Shown here: positions 9,500 to 22,400 of the stretch, piece after piece
How the letters are laid out: each line of letters starts with the position of its first letter
Position numbering within the stretch: the first letter of the stretch is position 1
Assembly: GCA_001929475.1 (NCBI GenBank)
Contig: LXFE01000157.1
Span: forward strand, 1 to 64,000
Length of the DNA: 64,000 nt
From: Neolecta irregularis DAH-3
Lineage: Eukaryota
Direction: 5' to 3'
The notes under the pieces: generated by a model
Database searches by the model: none
What the model saw: only the letters and a program-made list of their open reading frames with translations
What the model was told of the DNA's origin: nothing
Made by a program: the position numbers and the translations under genes

Positions 9500-12400
9500 A
9501 TGGAAAGGTCTCGCAGAACATTACAAAAACAGTCGAATTCGGCCAGATTGGCTGAATTGAAAAGACTCCGCGAGGAGGGGACGACACGTCTCAAGGATTA
9601 CCAGGTTGCCGAAGAGGAAAAGATATTTGATCAAGTGGACGAGGAGGAATATAAGAAAGTTGTGCGGGCGCGGCTGGATCGAGATGATTTCGTGGTTGAC
9701 GATCATGGGGAGGGATATGTTGATAATGGAGTCGATGAGTGGGACCGTGAAGAAGCGCCAGATAGCGAAAGCGACGATGACCGGTCGGGCAAGTCGCTAT
9801 GCCCTTTACACAATTAACCAGGCGCAGGTCATAAAAGGAAAGGGGCCAAAGACAAAGAAAGGATGGAAAAGCAAAAAGGCGATATTAACAAATACCTAAA
9901 TCGAAATATTATCCCGTCCACCCCGAAACCTGTACGCTTTTATGGTATCTCTTTAACAATAGGTTGTTTCAAGTCAACAGGATAACCAGTTCATGGCAGA
10001 TCTCCTCGGTAATGTCGATGACTACTCTACTTCAGTGCCGAAAAGAACCAAATCTCTTAAACGGAGAATTGACGATAAATCCCACTTATTTCCCCGCAAA
10101 CGAGCTTCATCACCTCCGATGCGGAATCTCAGCATCCTTAATCGTCCGACAGGATCACGCACACCCGGGGAAACCAAACAAGAAATACATAGCTCTCCTC
10201 CGTCCGTATCAAATGCAGACATGGACTATAGCGACGGCGGGATCATGGACCTCGACACAGATATACCGGATCCTCCAACTCCGCTTCTAGGAAATTCTAC
10301 GCAACATATAGAAGAAGAAGAAGAATTTGAATCGAAACCACTTACCGGAGGAACAATTAGTGCAAAAACAGTAAATATCACATCGACGCGACTAGGTCGT
10401 CTAAAGCATCTGACAATTCCTGGTAAGACACCCCTGCACGACGGAGAAAGCTCGCCCATCCACGATACATTCAATTCCCGAGAATGGGCACAAGTTAATA
10501 ATTCTCTGAATATCTCGGAAACACCATCGACTCTCTCATTCGGAAAAATACAATCTCACGAAGCCCTAGAACAAGATGGAAGTATCCGTTTCTTTTGGAT
10601 AGACTATGTCGAAGTAAACGGGGTCCTTGGACTATTCGGCAAAGTTAAAACACTCCGAGGGTATGTCAGTGCCTTTTGCAAAGTTGAAGGGATTTTGAGA
10701 AATCTCTACTTTTTACCCCGAGAAACACGATTTCGTAGGGTTTCCTTCTCACATCACTACAATTGACTAAATCCAGGGGCCGGAAATACCACAAATGAAC
10801 AAGTCCAGATGGAGGATGTGTATGAAGAAGTCTCAAATTTGTTTACGAAATTGAAAATCACACAATGGAAAAGTAAACCAACTACACGCAAATATGCTTT
10901 TGAGATTCCGGGGATTCCGGCTCAATGCGATTATCTAAAGGTTCTTTGTCCATCTGATAGTAAGCCCCGCTCTTTTAAAACATTCTTCTAATTATCATAA
11001 ACGAATTTACCGACAGATTTGACTGGAGAGACTTTCTCTCTCGTATTTGGGACCAATACCGCTCTATTTGAACAGTTTGTGCTTTATCGAAAAATTATGG
11101 GACCGTGTTGGTTGACTATTAAGGAACCTAATTTATCCGCCGCTCAGAATTCCTCTTGGTGTAAATTAGAGTTTGGAGTCAGCGATCCTGAATGTATTAC
11201 ACCGATAGATGATAATGTCCCACCGCCTACATTCACATTGACAAGTCTTGCACTGAGAACAGTGATGGACCATAAAGCCAACAAACAGGAAATTGTCCTG
11301 GCTTCCCTCCGAATTTTCGAAAATGGTGCGCTATTACTCGAGATGTGGTCCTAATTGTCACAGTAAGTCTCGATGATCCCACGCCAGCGGAAAAACTGCC
11401 ATGCAGTACGTTCACTGTTGTTCGGCCTTTACGAACCGTCTTTCCGGCCGGTTTCGAAGCGCAAGTAAAAAGCCATCGTGGAGTTATAAAGCTAGAAAAA
11501 ACAGAGGCTTCATTGCTGAACTGTTTAATTTGTTCCGTCCCTTTAGAGCCAATATTGATCAATAGCGAAAATACAACAAATTGATCCAGATTTTCTGATA
11601 GGTCATAACATCGAAAATGTCGACTACTGTACTCTTCTCGCGAGAATGAAGGAACGAAAGACGCATAACTGGCATCGTATCGGTCGATTGAAGAGATCAG
11701 AATGGCCCAAGGGTTATGGCCGCACAGGTTTTAGTTTCGCCGATCGAGGTATAATCGCCGGTCGATTAATAGGGGATCTTGCGAATGATCTTGGTAAGGT
11801 ATGAAGAATATTATTATCGTAAGTCTGAAGAAGTAGAGTTTGATCAAAGCTACTTCTTGGAGTTTAAGTGAATTGGTTCAACTTCAACTCGGGATTAAAC
11901 GAACAGACGTTGATGCTGAAAAAACGATGAGCAATTCCACACAATCTGGTCGTGGAATGATGGATTGGCTTGAGCATTGTGAAGTTGATACCTATTATAT
12001 CGCTGCTATCGCTCTTAAAGTCCAAATGCTACCACTTACTCGCCAACTTACCAATCTTGCTGGGAACTCTTGGTACAACTCCCTACTCCTAATCCAGCTC
12101 ATAGCAAGGGCGCGAACGCTTGCAGGAACTAGAGCAGAACGAAACGAATTCATCTTGTTGCATGAGTTTCATCGAAATAAATATATCTGCCCTGACAAAC
12201 AACGGGGGAAGAAACTTGCAATAAAGGAAGATGAAGAAGATGACCCTGAAGTTGCCGCCTCTTCAAAGAAGAAGGAGAAATATAAAGGTGGTCTAGTCTT
12301 TGAACCTGCAAAGGGATTATACGACAAAATTATTTTGGTGATGGATTTTAACTCCCTTTATCCAAGCATTATACAGGAGTATAACATATGTTTCACTACT

Positions 12401-14305
12401 GTCGATCGTAGCGAGTTTGTAGGGATCCTTTTGTCCCTTGGTTTCTTACGCAAAGGTTGAAACTTCAGATAATATGCCGGAATTACCTGGCAGAGAGATT
12501 CCGCTGGGCATTCTTCCGCGGTTGATCGCCACATTGGTCGGTCGAAGAAGGCAAGTCAAAAGTCTGATGAAAGATAAGAATGCCACCCCCGTCCAGCTTT
12601 CTCAAGTGTGTCTGAATTTGAAAGATTCCGGCGCTGACTGCTAGTGGGATATCAAACAGCAAGCTCTCAAACTTACGGCTAATTCCATGTACGGATGCTT
12701 AGGGTATACCAAATCTCGCTTCTATGCAAGAGCACTTGCTATGCTTACGACCTTCAAAGGAAGAGAAATCCTTACAAATACTAAGGCGCTTGCAGAAGAT
12801 ACTATGCAATTGCAGGTTATCTACGGAGATACTGATTCTGTTATGATCAATACAAATGTCGATACCTTTCCCGATGCTATGCGAATCGGGAACGAGTTCA
12901 AAAAGTTAGTCAACGAACGGTACAGACTCCTCGAGATTGATATTGATAATGTTTATCAACGATTGCTGCTACACGCCAAGAAGAAGTATGCTGCGCTAAA
13001 TCTCGTAGATGTTGGAGGGAAACTTGAACCCAAGATCGATATCAAAGGTTTGGATATGAAACGCCGGGAATACTGTAATCTATCAAAGGACGCCTCGCAT
13101 TACATTTTGAGTCAGATTTTATCTGGAGAACAAACGGAAGTCGTTGTTGAGAAGATTCACGAATATTTAAGAGAACTAGCCAGCAAGATGCGCCATGGGG
13201 ATTTCACATTCCACAAATATATCATTCATACGGTATGTTTCATCTGGAGGATGAACTCTCATTATAAGCGAATGGGAAAGAATCCAGAGGATTATCCTGG
13301 AGGTAGAACGATGCCCCATATCCAAGTTGCCTTGAAACGTAAGGCGAGAGGACAACCTGTTCGCATAGGCGATGTCATTGCATATATCATAACGGGCGAA
13401 GATGATTCAACGCATGTCGCAGATCGTGCTGTCCCGAAAGAAGATTTTGAAAAGCCAAATCATGGTCTTATTATCGGTATGTTAGAATTGTGTTTTTTAT
13501 ATTCTGAGTAAAGATTACAATTACTACCTGGGCCACCAGATCCTTCCACCAATAGACCGCCTCTGTGCACCTATTGAAGGTACAGATGCTATGCGCATCG
13601 CGGACTGTCTTGGACTGGACCCTGTCAAATACAAAACAACGAGCATTACTCAAGCCGAAGTTGAAATTCAACCCTTAGAAGCTCTTATCAGCGACGAAGA
13701 ACGCTTCCGTAATACTGTCAAATTTGAAGTACTGTGTAATAGTTGTCACGAGAAAACCTTATTCGAAGGTCTTGCGAAATCGACTGTATCTCTGTTTTCA
13801 CGACGATTACTGATTAAAGAATATGATTACTCCCCGTGGTTTCGTGTGTTCATGCGGAGCAGCCTTAACTCTGCTTACTATTTCAGCACAGGTAGAACAT
13901 CAACTTCGTGCCCAGATTGCATTATATTATGAGGCCTGGCTCATATGTGATGATACATCATGTGCTAATCGAACTCGTCAAATTTCCGTGTATGGAAGAA
14001 GATGTCTATCGAAGGGATGTCGCGGGAGAATGAACTACGAATATTCAGACAAGATGCTTTACAATCAATTGCTATACATTGAAAGTCTATGGGACGTCGA
14101 CAGAGCCAAACCGGACAAGGAAAGCAAATCAACCGGTATCAATGTTCTTACTTATGATACTGAAGCGAAAATAGCGGCTGTGGGCCTTCTTGCTGAACAC
14201 AACCGTGTAGGATTTGAGAAAATCGGGAATATTGTGAAGGGATATCTGGCTAAATGTGGGAGACGATATGTTGATTTGGCTAGTTTATTTGGATTTATGG
14301 AATAA
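9500..14305 (+). CDS. POL1: DNA polymerase alpha catalytic subunit, ~14 exons
   Basis: Contains the N-terminal [14 protein letters not shown], the PolB motifs [19 protein letters not shown] and YGDTDS, and C-terminal Cys clusters. Confidence 0.97.
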
Positions 14306-14477
14306 TCAACGAGTTTCAAACTATGACGGCATTTTGCTTTATCACAGCGAGTTGCATATTATATCAAAATTAGACGTTTGTATAGCATTGGCAAGCGATT
14401 CTTAGTGTTTAAGTCACACGAAAGAAAGGTCGAGGCTGAAGACGGTTGATTGGCCACTTCTCTCCACAACCAACTAC

Positions 14478-15231
14478 ATGTCATACAACGGAATTGGACT
14501 CTCCACTCCCAGGGGCAGTGGAACAAATGGTTATGTTCAGCGATCCCTGCAAGACTCTATAGATTATATATTTACTTATCAATAGCGCTCACATTCGACA
14601 TCCTCGTCAGCAAGAAACCTCGATGCCTGCCCCACCAAAAGCCCGCAAAGCTGATCCCGAAATCCTCCTACATGATCAGAAACGCAAAGTAGAAGCGAAG
14701 CTATATGAGCTACGTGATATACTGGAAGATGAAGGTGTTTCTGAAGAAGAAATCGCAGCCAAGGTTGAGGAGACGAGAGCTCAACTGATGTTGGACCTAC
14801 AAACGCAGGAAGATAAGAAACAGCTGAAACCTCATCAAATTCATGAAATGGCAGTCGAAAAGGAGAAGGAGTTGGAGCGTCTACAGAAGGCTTTCGATGT
14901 GGACAGCGAGGGAAAATCTCTGCGAAGGCAAGAAAGAAAACGCTTTGACGAAGCTGAATTTGACGGTGTTCCCAAGGGACCTCGGCAACGTCCTCGATGG
15001 GACGGACGAAGGCGGGAACATGAGAATGGGGATGATACTCGAGGAATTCTTGATGATCGGAGGAGAATTGACCTGGATGATCGCCGTGAATTCCGGAGAC
15101 AAGCCAGTGGACCTACTAGACGAAGACGCTCCCAGTCACCTATTAGAGATGGCCGGAGAATCCGGAGACGAAGCTCTTCTTCGGAAGGATCGTATTCCTC
15201 TCGTTCTAGATCTCGGTCAAAAACTCCTTGA
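14478..15231 (+). CDS. CWC21: Pre-mRNA splicing factor Cwc21 (SRRM2 N-terminal family), 2 exons
   Basis: Starts [23 protein letters not shown], has the cwf21 domain [12 protein letters not shown] and an RS tail. Requires a GC-AG intron at 14549-14585. Confidence 0.93.
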
Positions 15232-16395
15232 GCTGGGTCTATTTTCTATATATAAAATTTGTCCGACAGTATGCGAACTGATTTTTGAATTTGTATTTTA
15301 CAAACTGTCAACTGTGGTACTGAAGCGTGTGGCACGGTCACCACAATAAACAAAATATTGGATTGTTATTCTTTCAATGATAAGGTAACATATCAATGAT
15401 TGTCCCAGGCGATAGAGAACATCAATGAATATACCCGACCATCCGCTGGAAGGGGAAATGGGCTACATTTTACTCTTTCCCGATGCGTGTTATTATTTTC
15501 AAAACATGAGATCGTCCATTGGCATGTCCGCACCATTATGCCACAGGAAGCAACGGTCATACAAGCATATCTTAAATTCGAAACTTGTTAACCAAGCATA
15601 CCCAATATTACATGGATTAAATTTCCTCGTCTGATCAATCTTTTGTGTCGTCTGATATCATTAGGACACGAGGCTATAGAGTACATTGCATCCTTGGGTT
15701 TCATTGACGTTGTTTAAAAATGTTATCATTGTTGATAATAAAGAACAGGGAATTTCCTACGACTGAATTGCCATCTCAAACTTCCAAGCTATGAACGAAT
15801 AAAAGAATCACAAATGATAATTATTCTTCCATGATGAAGGGGTCCGACCACCATCTCTCCCAGTCTTTTACGTGTTTCTGCTTACCAAATATCTTCAGAG
15901 TCGATATGAGGATTTTGTAGCTTCCTGGTTTGATTTTTCACCTGATGCCAAAGTGATATTCCATGTTTCGATCCGCGTAAGAGGATCTGATACGGGAATA
16001 ATATGGTTTGTTGGTAGTCTGAATATTTTCCCCGAGTTTGTTACTCAGATCTCCATTTTGAAGAATAGTGTCCGAAATCGTCTCTGTGTTAAAAACCTCT
16101 TCCAAAGTCAGCAAAATGAAATGTGAAAGAACTATACATATTACACAGGCAAGTACCAGATCACTAACTGATGATAAAGCTTCATTGGACTTTTCATGGA
16201 CTGGATAAAGTCCATGGTCCATCACCAACACTGCTGAAGTTTCTTCAAAACCGTCGTTTCGAGTCTTCTAATTAGACCACTCAACAAACACCCGTCTTTT
16301 TGAGAGAGCAGGAGCTCACTGATGTCCGAGTTCTCATTGGTCCACCCGAAATTGATCGTGACTGTCAATAAGACAAAATTGTCAGCCACAATTAT

Positions 16396-16473
16396 GCGCT
16401 GTTGGGTTAGTGGTATACTGTGTGCTTGCCAAGCTGTCTGCACGCGACTCGGGTTCGATTCCCGAACAGCGCA
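16396..16473 (+). tRNA. tRNA-Gly(GCC) with a 7-nt intron (16432-16438)
   Basis: Acceptor stem GCGCTGT/ACAGCGC, D-loop AGTGGTA, anticodon stem TGTGC/GCACG with loop TTGCCA[intron]T, T-arm TCGGG-TTCGATT-CCCGA, discriminator A. Confidence 0.9.
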
Positions 16474-16668
16474 TGAATTTACCTAGTTTCTATTTTGCCG
16501 ATATCGCTTTTGTATTGAAAGTGTTTCAGAGCTGGATTAAGGGCAGATAATTTCAATGCTAAAATTCATAGAATCATCACATTGTTAATAAAATTATTCC
16601 CAAGAAGCCTGTAATTATAGAAAACAGATGCAGTAACGTTCAGGAACTACACACAGGATCTTCTTCAA

Positions 16669-19264
16669 TTAAACAGGAACCTTCTGCATTTTCTTTGCTG
16701 TTCCAATTTGTGTGTTGTTGACCTACAGATCAGTTTCTACGAATGGAAACAGAAAATACCAGTCTTGCAAATCGTAAACTGCATAAAGTCTCAGGGAGAT
16801 GAGCACCTTTCGGAGAGATATTGACAAACATTAGAGTTTTCGAGTTGCCCCCGAGCGAGTATTGTAGAAGATATGTCAACTGAGAATAATGAATAAAGCT
16901 GGTTAAGATATGCATACTTTGGAATTCCGATAGGGAACATGGCCATTTTCTTTACCATTTCCGAGAGCTGATATGACATCGCCAAGACAACTCAAACTTT
17001 TGTTTATTGCCTGCGTTTCCTTGAGCCGCTCGCCCGTACTTTGACTATGATTTAATCGTTCACTTCCCGCCAAATCCACAAGGTTTAGAGTTCCTTCGCT
17101 TCGCTCCCCGGTAAGCTCGTTTTTCCCCACTAGTTTGAGAATAAACACGCTGTGACTTCGACTAGATCGCTCGTTTGATTTTGTGGCTGCAACAGTCCGG
17201 TTATTGCTCGCTTGTTGAAGTAAGGAAGTTAGTCGTTCTGGATTATCAAGAACAACAGAGGTAAGATCAGTGATTGTAGTTTTACACTCTTTTGGCTCAT
17301 GTCGGATTTCATGTTTCTTTTTGTCAATTTCTTCTGCCTTGCCGAGCAGATCGTTAATTGTTTCATTGTAGATTTCGAGAAATTGACCTTCCATGGTGTA
17401 TATCCATCCTTTTTCTTTGAGAGTAGAGGCTGTATCGTAAATCTGGCGGACAGCTAGGGGTATCATTCCATCTGGAGAGGACATAGTAAACGTCTTGCCA
17501 GAACCTGTTTGGCCATATGCGAAGATGCAAACCTGTCTATTAAGAAGGGCGGTCTGGGTGCAGTATACATTATATCCATCAAGGGCACTCTGTACTAGTT
17601 GAGAAATCTCTTCGAATACTTGTCTGTTTTGGCTTTCGGGACCAAAGACCTGAAATTAGCGAAAGCCGTGTCATGGCACACCTTATCGAATGAAAAAGGA
17701 TAAGCTTTCGTGGAAACATTGCCCAAAGAACTCTCAGCTGTTGGACCCATCAATTCAATTTCCTTTCCTTCTTGATGAGAATCAGGAAACACGATCTCCG
17801 CGGCTCCACCTGACTCTTCGTTTTTTTCATGATGAAGCATAGGCCGAACACGGCAAAATACTCGAATGTTTCCTTTCAACTCTTGAATCTGATTGTGCAA
17901 TTTCCGGCGAACAGTTTCCTCTTCGCGGAGTTTTCGAAATGCTTCGTCTTTTTCGGTTGATGTAATAGAGAGTTCTGATTTGAGATTTGATATTTCCTGG
18001 CTCGCGGTCTTTAGGGACATTTCAAGGGTTTCAATCCGAGTTCTCAAGACACGCCCGTTGGTTTCCAAGGAGATATATGATGATGATTGTTCTTGGAAGG
18101 CGCTCTTCTATCAGTGTAAATCAGAGGCCAATTATACCTCAAGAGAAGCAATTTTGTTCTTCTGCCTCTTGACTTCTTCGATAAGAGTATCGTTCTCGCC
18201 TCGGAGGCATTTCAAATCTCGCTCCTTATTTGCAAATTCTTGATCTAGTTTCTGCTTCTCAAGAGCAGTTTGAGTCTTCAACTCCTGAATTTGTGACGAC
18301 ATTGATATCCTTTGTTCTTCCATTCGATTCTTCAGTGTCCTTTCCATATCTTCTGTAGCAACTTTATAGCTTCGGTTAGTGTCATCGAGTTCTTGACGAT
18401 GTAGCTTTTGGAATTCCACAATTTCAGCTCGGTGTTTTCTAACGAGTGCCTCAACTTCGCTTCTACGTTCCTGTTGTTCAATAGATAAGTTGTTCTTCAA
18501 TTCTTCAATTCTCTTTCTTTGATAGTCACTTCCACTAGACAATTCCGCTTTCTCGGCCATCAAGGCAGCTCTGCTTTCTTCGAGTTCCTGAACTGAAGCA
18601 ATTAGTCAACTGGACTATATGCTGGTTATGACGCACCTCTAGTCCGTTCTGTGTCCACCATTTTCTCCAGGATACCAAGCTCATATTGTTTTACGGACAG
18701 GCGTTCCTGAGTCTCTTCTGCCCACTTTGTCATGTCCTCCAGTCGACCCTTGGTATCCCATTTGGGACGAGATGATTTTGGACCAACGCCCGCAGCAACA
18801 GTCCGAGTCATTATACAAGGAGCATCTGCAGAGCTCGGCGGTCGAGTCGCACCTTGCTGACTGGCAGGTCGAGTAATACTGGCAGCACTGGGGGGTCTTT
18901 TGGTTTGAATAGTAGCCGTACTGACACTTCTTTTGGTTGCCATTCTTGCAGGAGTAACAGTGGGAAGTCTTTTTGCTGTCTGTCCAGCCTTCTCGACCAG
19001 TGTCTGGCGTTTTGATTCGCTGTCTTCGTCAGTTGGAGGTGCCTTTCGTTTCTTGAGCACGGTCACTGACGCTATTGGTACCGGTGGAGGCATTATACTC
19101 GCTGAAATATTGTTTGAGATGTCTTGGAGAGGTGTATTGGGCTTTATGGGTGTCTGTGAAAGCTTCGAAGCTGGTTGCGGGAGGCGGGAGACGACTTGTT
19201 TTAGAGCTGCAGTAGCCGAACAATCGTCATCCATCACGCTGAAGCCTTGATTTTCGTCTGGCAT
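16669..19264 (-). CDS. KAR3: C-terminal-motor kinesin-14 (Kar3/KlpA/Pkl1-Klp2 family)
   Basis: Basic N-terminal tail, coiled coil, [39 protein letters not shown] and LVDLAGSE. Confidence 0.93.
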
Positions 19265-19497
19265 AGACCGGTGATACAATTCGATAACTACAAAGTGGGT
19301 ACGGGTTACGCGATGCGCTGGGTAGATGCAGACAGACAGCAGGCAAGTTTGGGTGTGGATGGGTATCGAGCGCGTATTTTCCCAGCATAAACAAAAACTT
19401 GGGAACAACTTGAATTAAACAATGACTTTCAACACAAGATATCCACACGCAACGCCCAAACAGATAGTCAACGAACCGCCAGCAACAACTGACTCAT

Positions 19498-22400
19498 TTA
19501 TCTCATCAGTATTGCAATGAGTTTTTTCTTCTCTTTAACACTTATGCCAGAAACAAGAGCATCTAGCCATGTATCTCCACCCGCTTTGCTCCTCATACTC
19601 TCAATTTCTGCCTCGATAGAATCCTGCGAAAGCATGTTGATCATCTTTGCGATTTTGTTACTTATTAGCCATTCAAACACTAAACGATCTCTATTTTCCC
19701 AGTCCGAGCGGGATGTATTCGGGTGACTTTCAACATACCAGGCCTCAATCAAACTTGACGCCCTCTTTCGACTTAGATCCGGTGAAATTACCATTATTTT
19801 CTGAATAAGGACCTCTGTCTCAAGCCGTCGCTTAAGTCTCCAATAAAAGAATCGACGAGCTTCCGGCCAGTTGAGTTCCGCACGAATCGCTCCTTTGGCC
19901 TTCATACGTCCAGAACGATCGTGAAGGTCAGCGAATTGTATGCTTATCTGGGAATATATTGGTAAGAGAACTTTCTCGCGCTCTACAAGTTTAGTTTTTA
20001 TCGACGACTGTTCTTCCGCAGACAGTCCTTTATTTTCGAGCTGAGCTTTTAGTGATTTATATGATTCATCTAGACGGGAAATTGTGTCCAATAGCTTGTC
20101 TCGTCTATACTTTATCCCGACAAGACCTTCTGGTTCAATAACACCGGCCCGAGATTCAAGGTCGGCGTACATTTCCATTTGGTCTTCATTGATAGAAGGA
20201 TCTACCACGACCTGATATATCAGCATTGGACGGTAATCTCATATGGTACCCATGAACCACCTCGCAACTCCGAATTTGGCGGAATGTACACAAATATTGG
20301 TTGTTGATATTTGACAAGCGCATCGACAATGAAGCTGCCATACTTCAGGACTTCATTGAACATATCCCGCTGACCTCCAGAAAACCCACGCCAATTGGCA
20401 AATATAATAAGAGGTAACTGTTCTCCATAATTGAAGTCATTAATAGCCTGAGCAGTCTTGAACGCCGAGTTAGGATACCATACTTGACCGGCCTCCATAA
20501 TGAGTTGTTCCGTGGATTCCGCGTTCGCAGGGTCCGCCGGAATGACATTTTCAATTGATCGAGTCTCGACGGCAATAACACCCATTGGTATTCCTCCGAG
20601 ACGCGCCCGACCAACGACCTACATTTGTCACCTTTAACTGAGATAATTGGAATATACCACCGTCCTTGCCCAACCGTTTAAAGTCTCTCTGAATGAACCT
20701 TTGTCAAAGAACCCTGTCTGAAAGGAATCGTGGGCTTCTTTACCAGCAAGCGCCCATCTAATATCAAATGTCCCTTTCGGAGGGTAATATTCGATACTTC
20801 TATCCCAAGGATCGAGCACAGGAGTTATCGGAAGGGGACCATTGCGTACCGCAGGAACATATGATAGCCATTGGATGATCTTGTGGATGCCCTCAAGGTC
20901 GTTTTCGGCGGTGAGGTGAGAGACACCGTTTTTATGCATGATTTGGGTTCCTCCTAGCTGCAAGTTAGATGAATAAACTTCTCGACCAAGAAGTTTATTG
21001 ATCGCAGGAGCACCCGTCAGTATCTAATAAGTTAATATAATTAGTTACGTGAAAAAATGGTTCTTGCAATTGGTTGTCCTTCAATCTGAATGGCACGTTG
21101 GCCGAGACGAACAAGATAAGCACCAATACCTGGAAATGTTGGATGAATATATGAAGTAAACCATACCAACACTTCGACAAGTGACAAGGGTAATCGTGAA
21201 GATATCTCGGTAAGCCCGACTGGTAGCACCAGCAATCAACCCAGAACCCTTCAAACACTCCACACCCAGTCCATCTTCTTGACCGATGATAGTAACAAGT
21301 TTATATCGCTCCTCGTCGTCATCGACAATTTTTACGCATTGTACGGTTTGGGTTCTGTTTTCGGTGAGTCTCTTGTACACATCTGGGGTAAAATAGAGAT
21401 AGTTGAAGCCTTTGTCTGGTCGCTCCTTATCCTTCCAGGCAACCGAGAAGAGTGGAAGTAGCTCTTCGGCGATACCAAGACGAGCGCCAGAGTTTGCGGA
21501 TAGATAAATTCGTGGAATCCCTCTTGCTTGAGCGAATTCGGTAGCATTGAAAAAGAACTGATCTTCTTGTGGACCGAATGAACCGATCCTGAACGTTATA
21601 TCATTTGCAATGACAACGAATTGTCGACCAGTAGGAAACTCTGGCGTTTTGGTAGTCATTAGCCAGGCAATCATTCCAAAGGTATTCGTCCCGGCTTCAC
21701 GAATAACTTCTTGTAGTTCCCCTTTCTCGTCGAAAACCAATTCTTTGGCATCGAGGATATCATCGGGAATCTTGGCCTTCGCATCCTCACTCATTAGTTG
21801 CTGCCATTCTTTTTTGATGGTCTGTCGAAAGATTTCTGGATAATCATAAGCATACGTAGTTCCCATCAAATGGGCCTTCTTTCTTCGAGGTTGGAGCAAT
21901 TCCTTGGTCGGATAGGGCGCCGTAATTGATCGAAGGTGCATTGATCCGACTGACCCAGTACTTGAGCTAAGACTTTTGAAAATCCATCGCCCCTTATCAG
22001 TCTTGATTTCAGCGTACATGTCAACATTGACAACAAAGCCGGAAACATTGGAAATAAGGACGCGAAGGGGGAATAAATCACCAGTATTTGGGTCTGTGCA
22101 AATGATTCGGATTTCGGCATTTGTAACACGCAACCTCCAGAATCGCTTTCCAAATCGTTCGATGAAACCTCCAAGGGCAGTTTCAACTTGAGAAGGAATG
22201 AGACCAAATGCAGGCGTGAAATTAATGAAAATATGATTCATGTCCGATTGTTCGGTTCCGGCTATCTCAAGAGAATCGAGAATGTCACTGACAAGTCGAT
22301 CAGATTCGGTAATGAGATACTCGGTCGTGGGTATTTCGTCCTTCAACCGACCAGGTCTTACTAAAGCCCGGGTGAAAAATCGTTTATCGGAATCGTTCTC

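Noticed and set aside
15350-16380. Short ORFs between CWC21 and the tRNA
   Set aside because: No motif or consistent splice model was found; a lineage-specific gene cannot be excluded.
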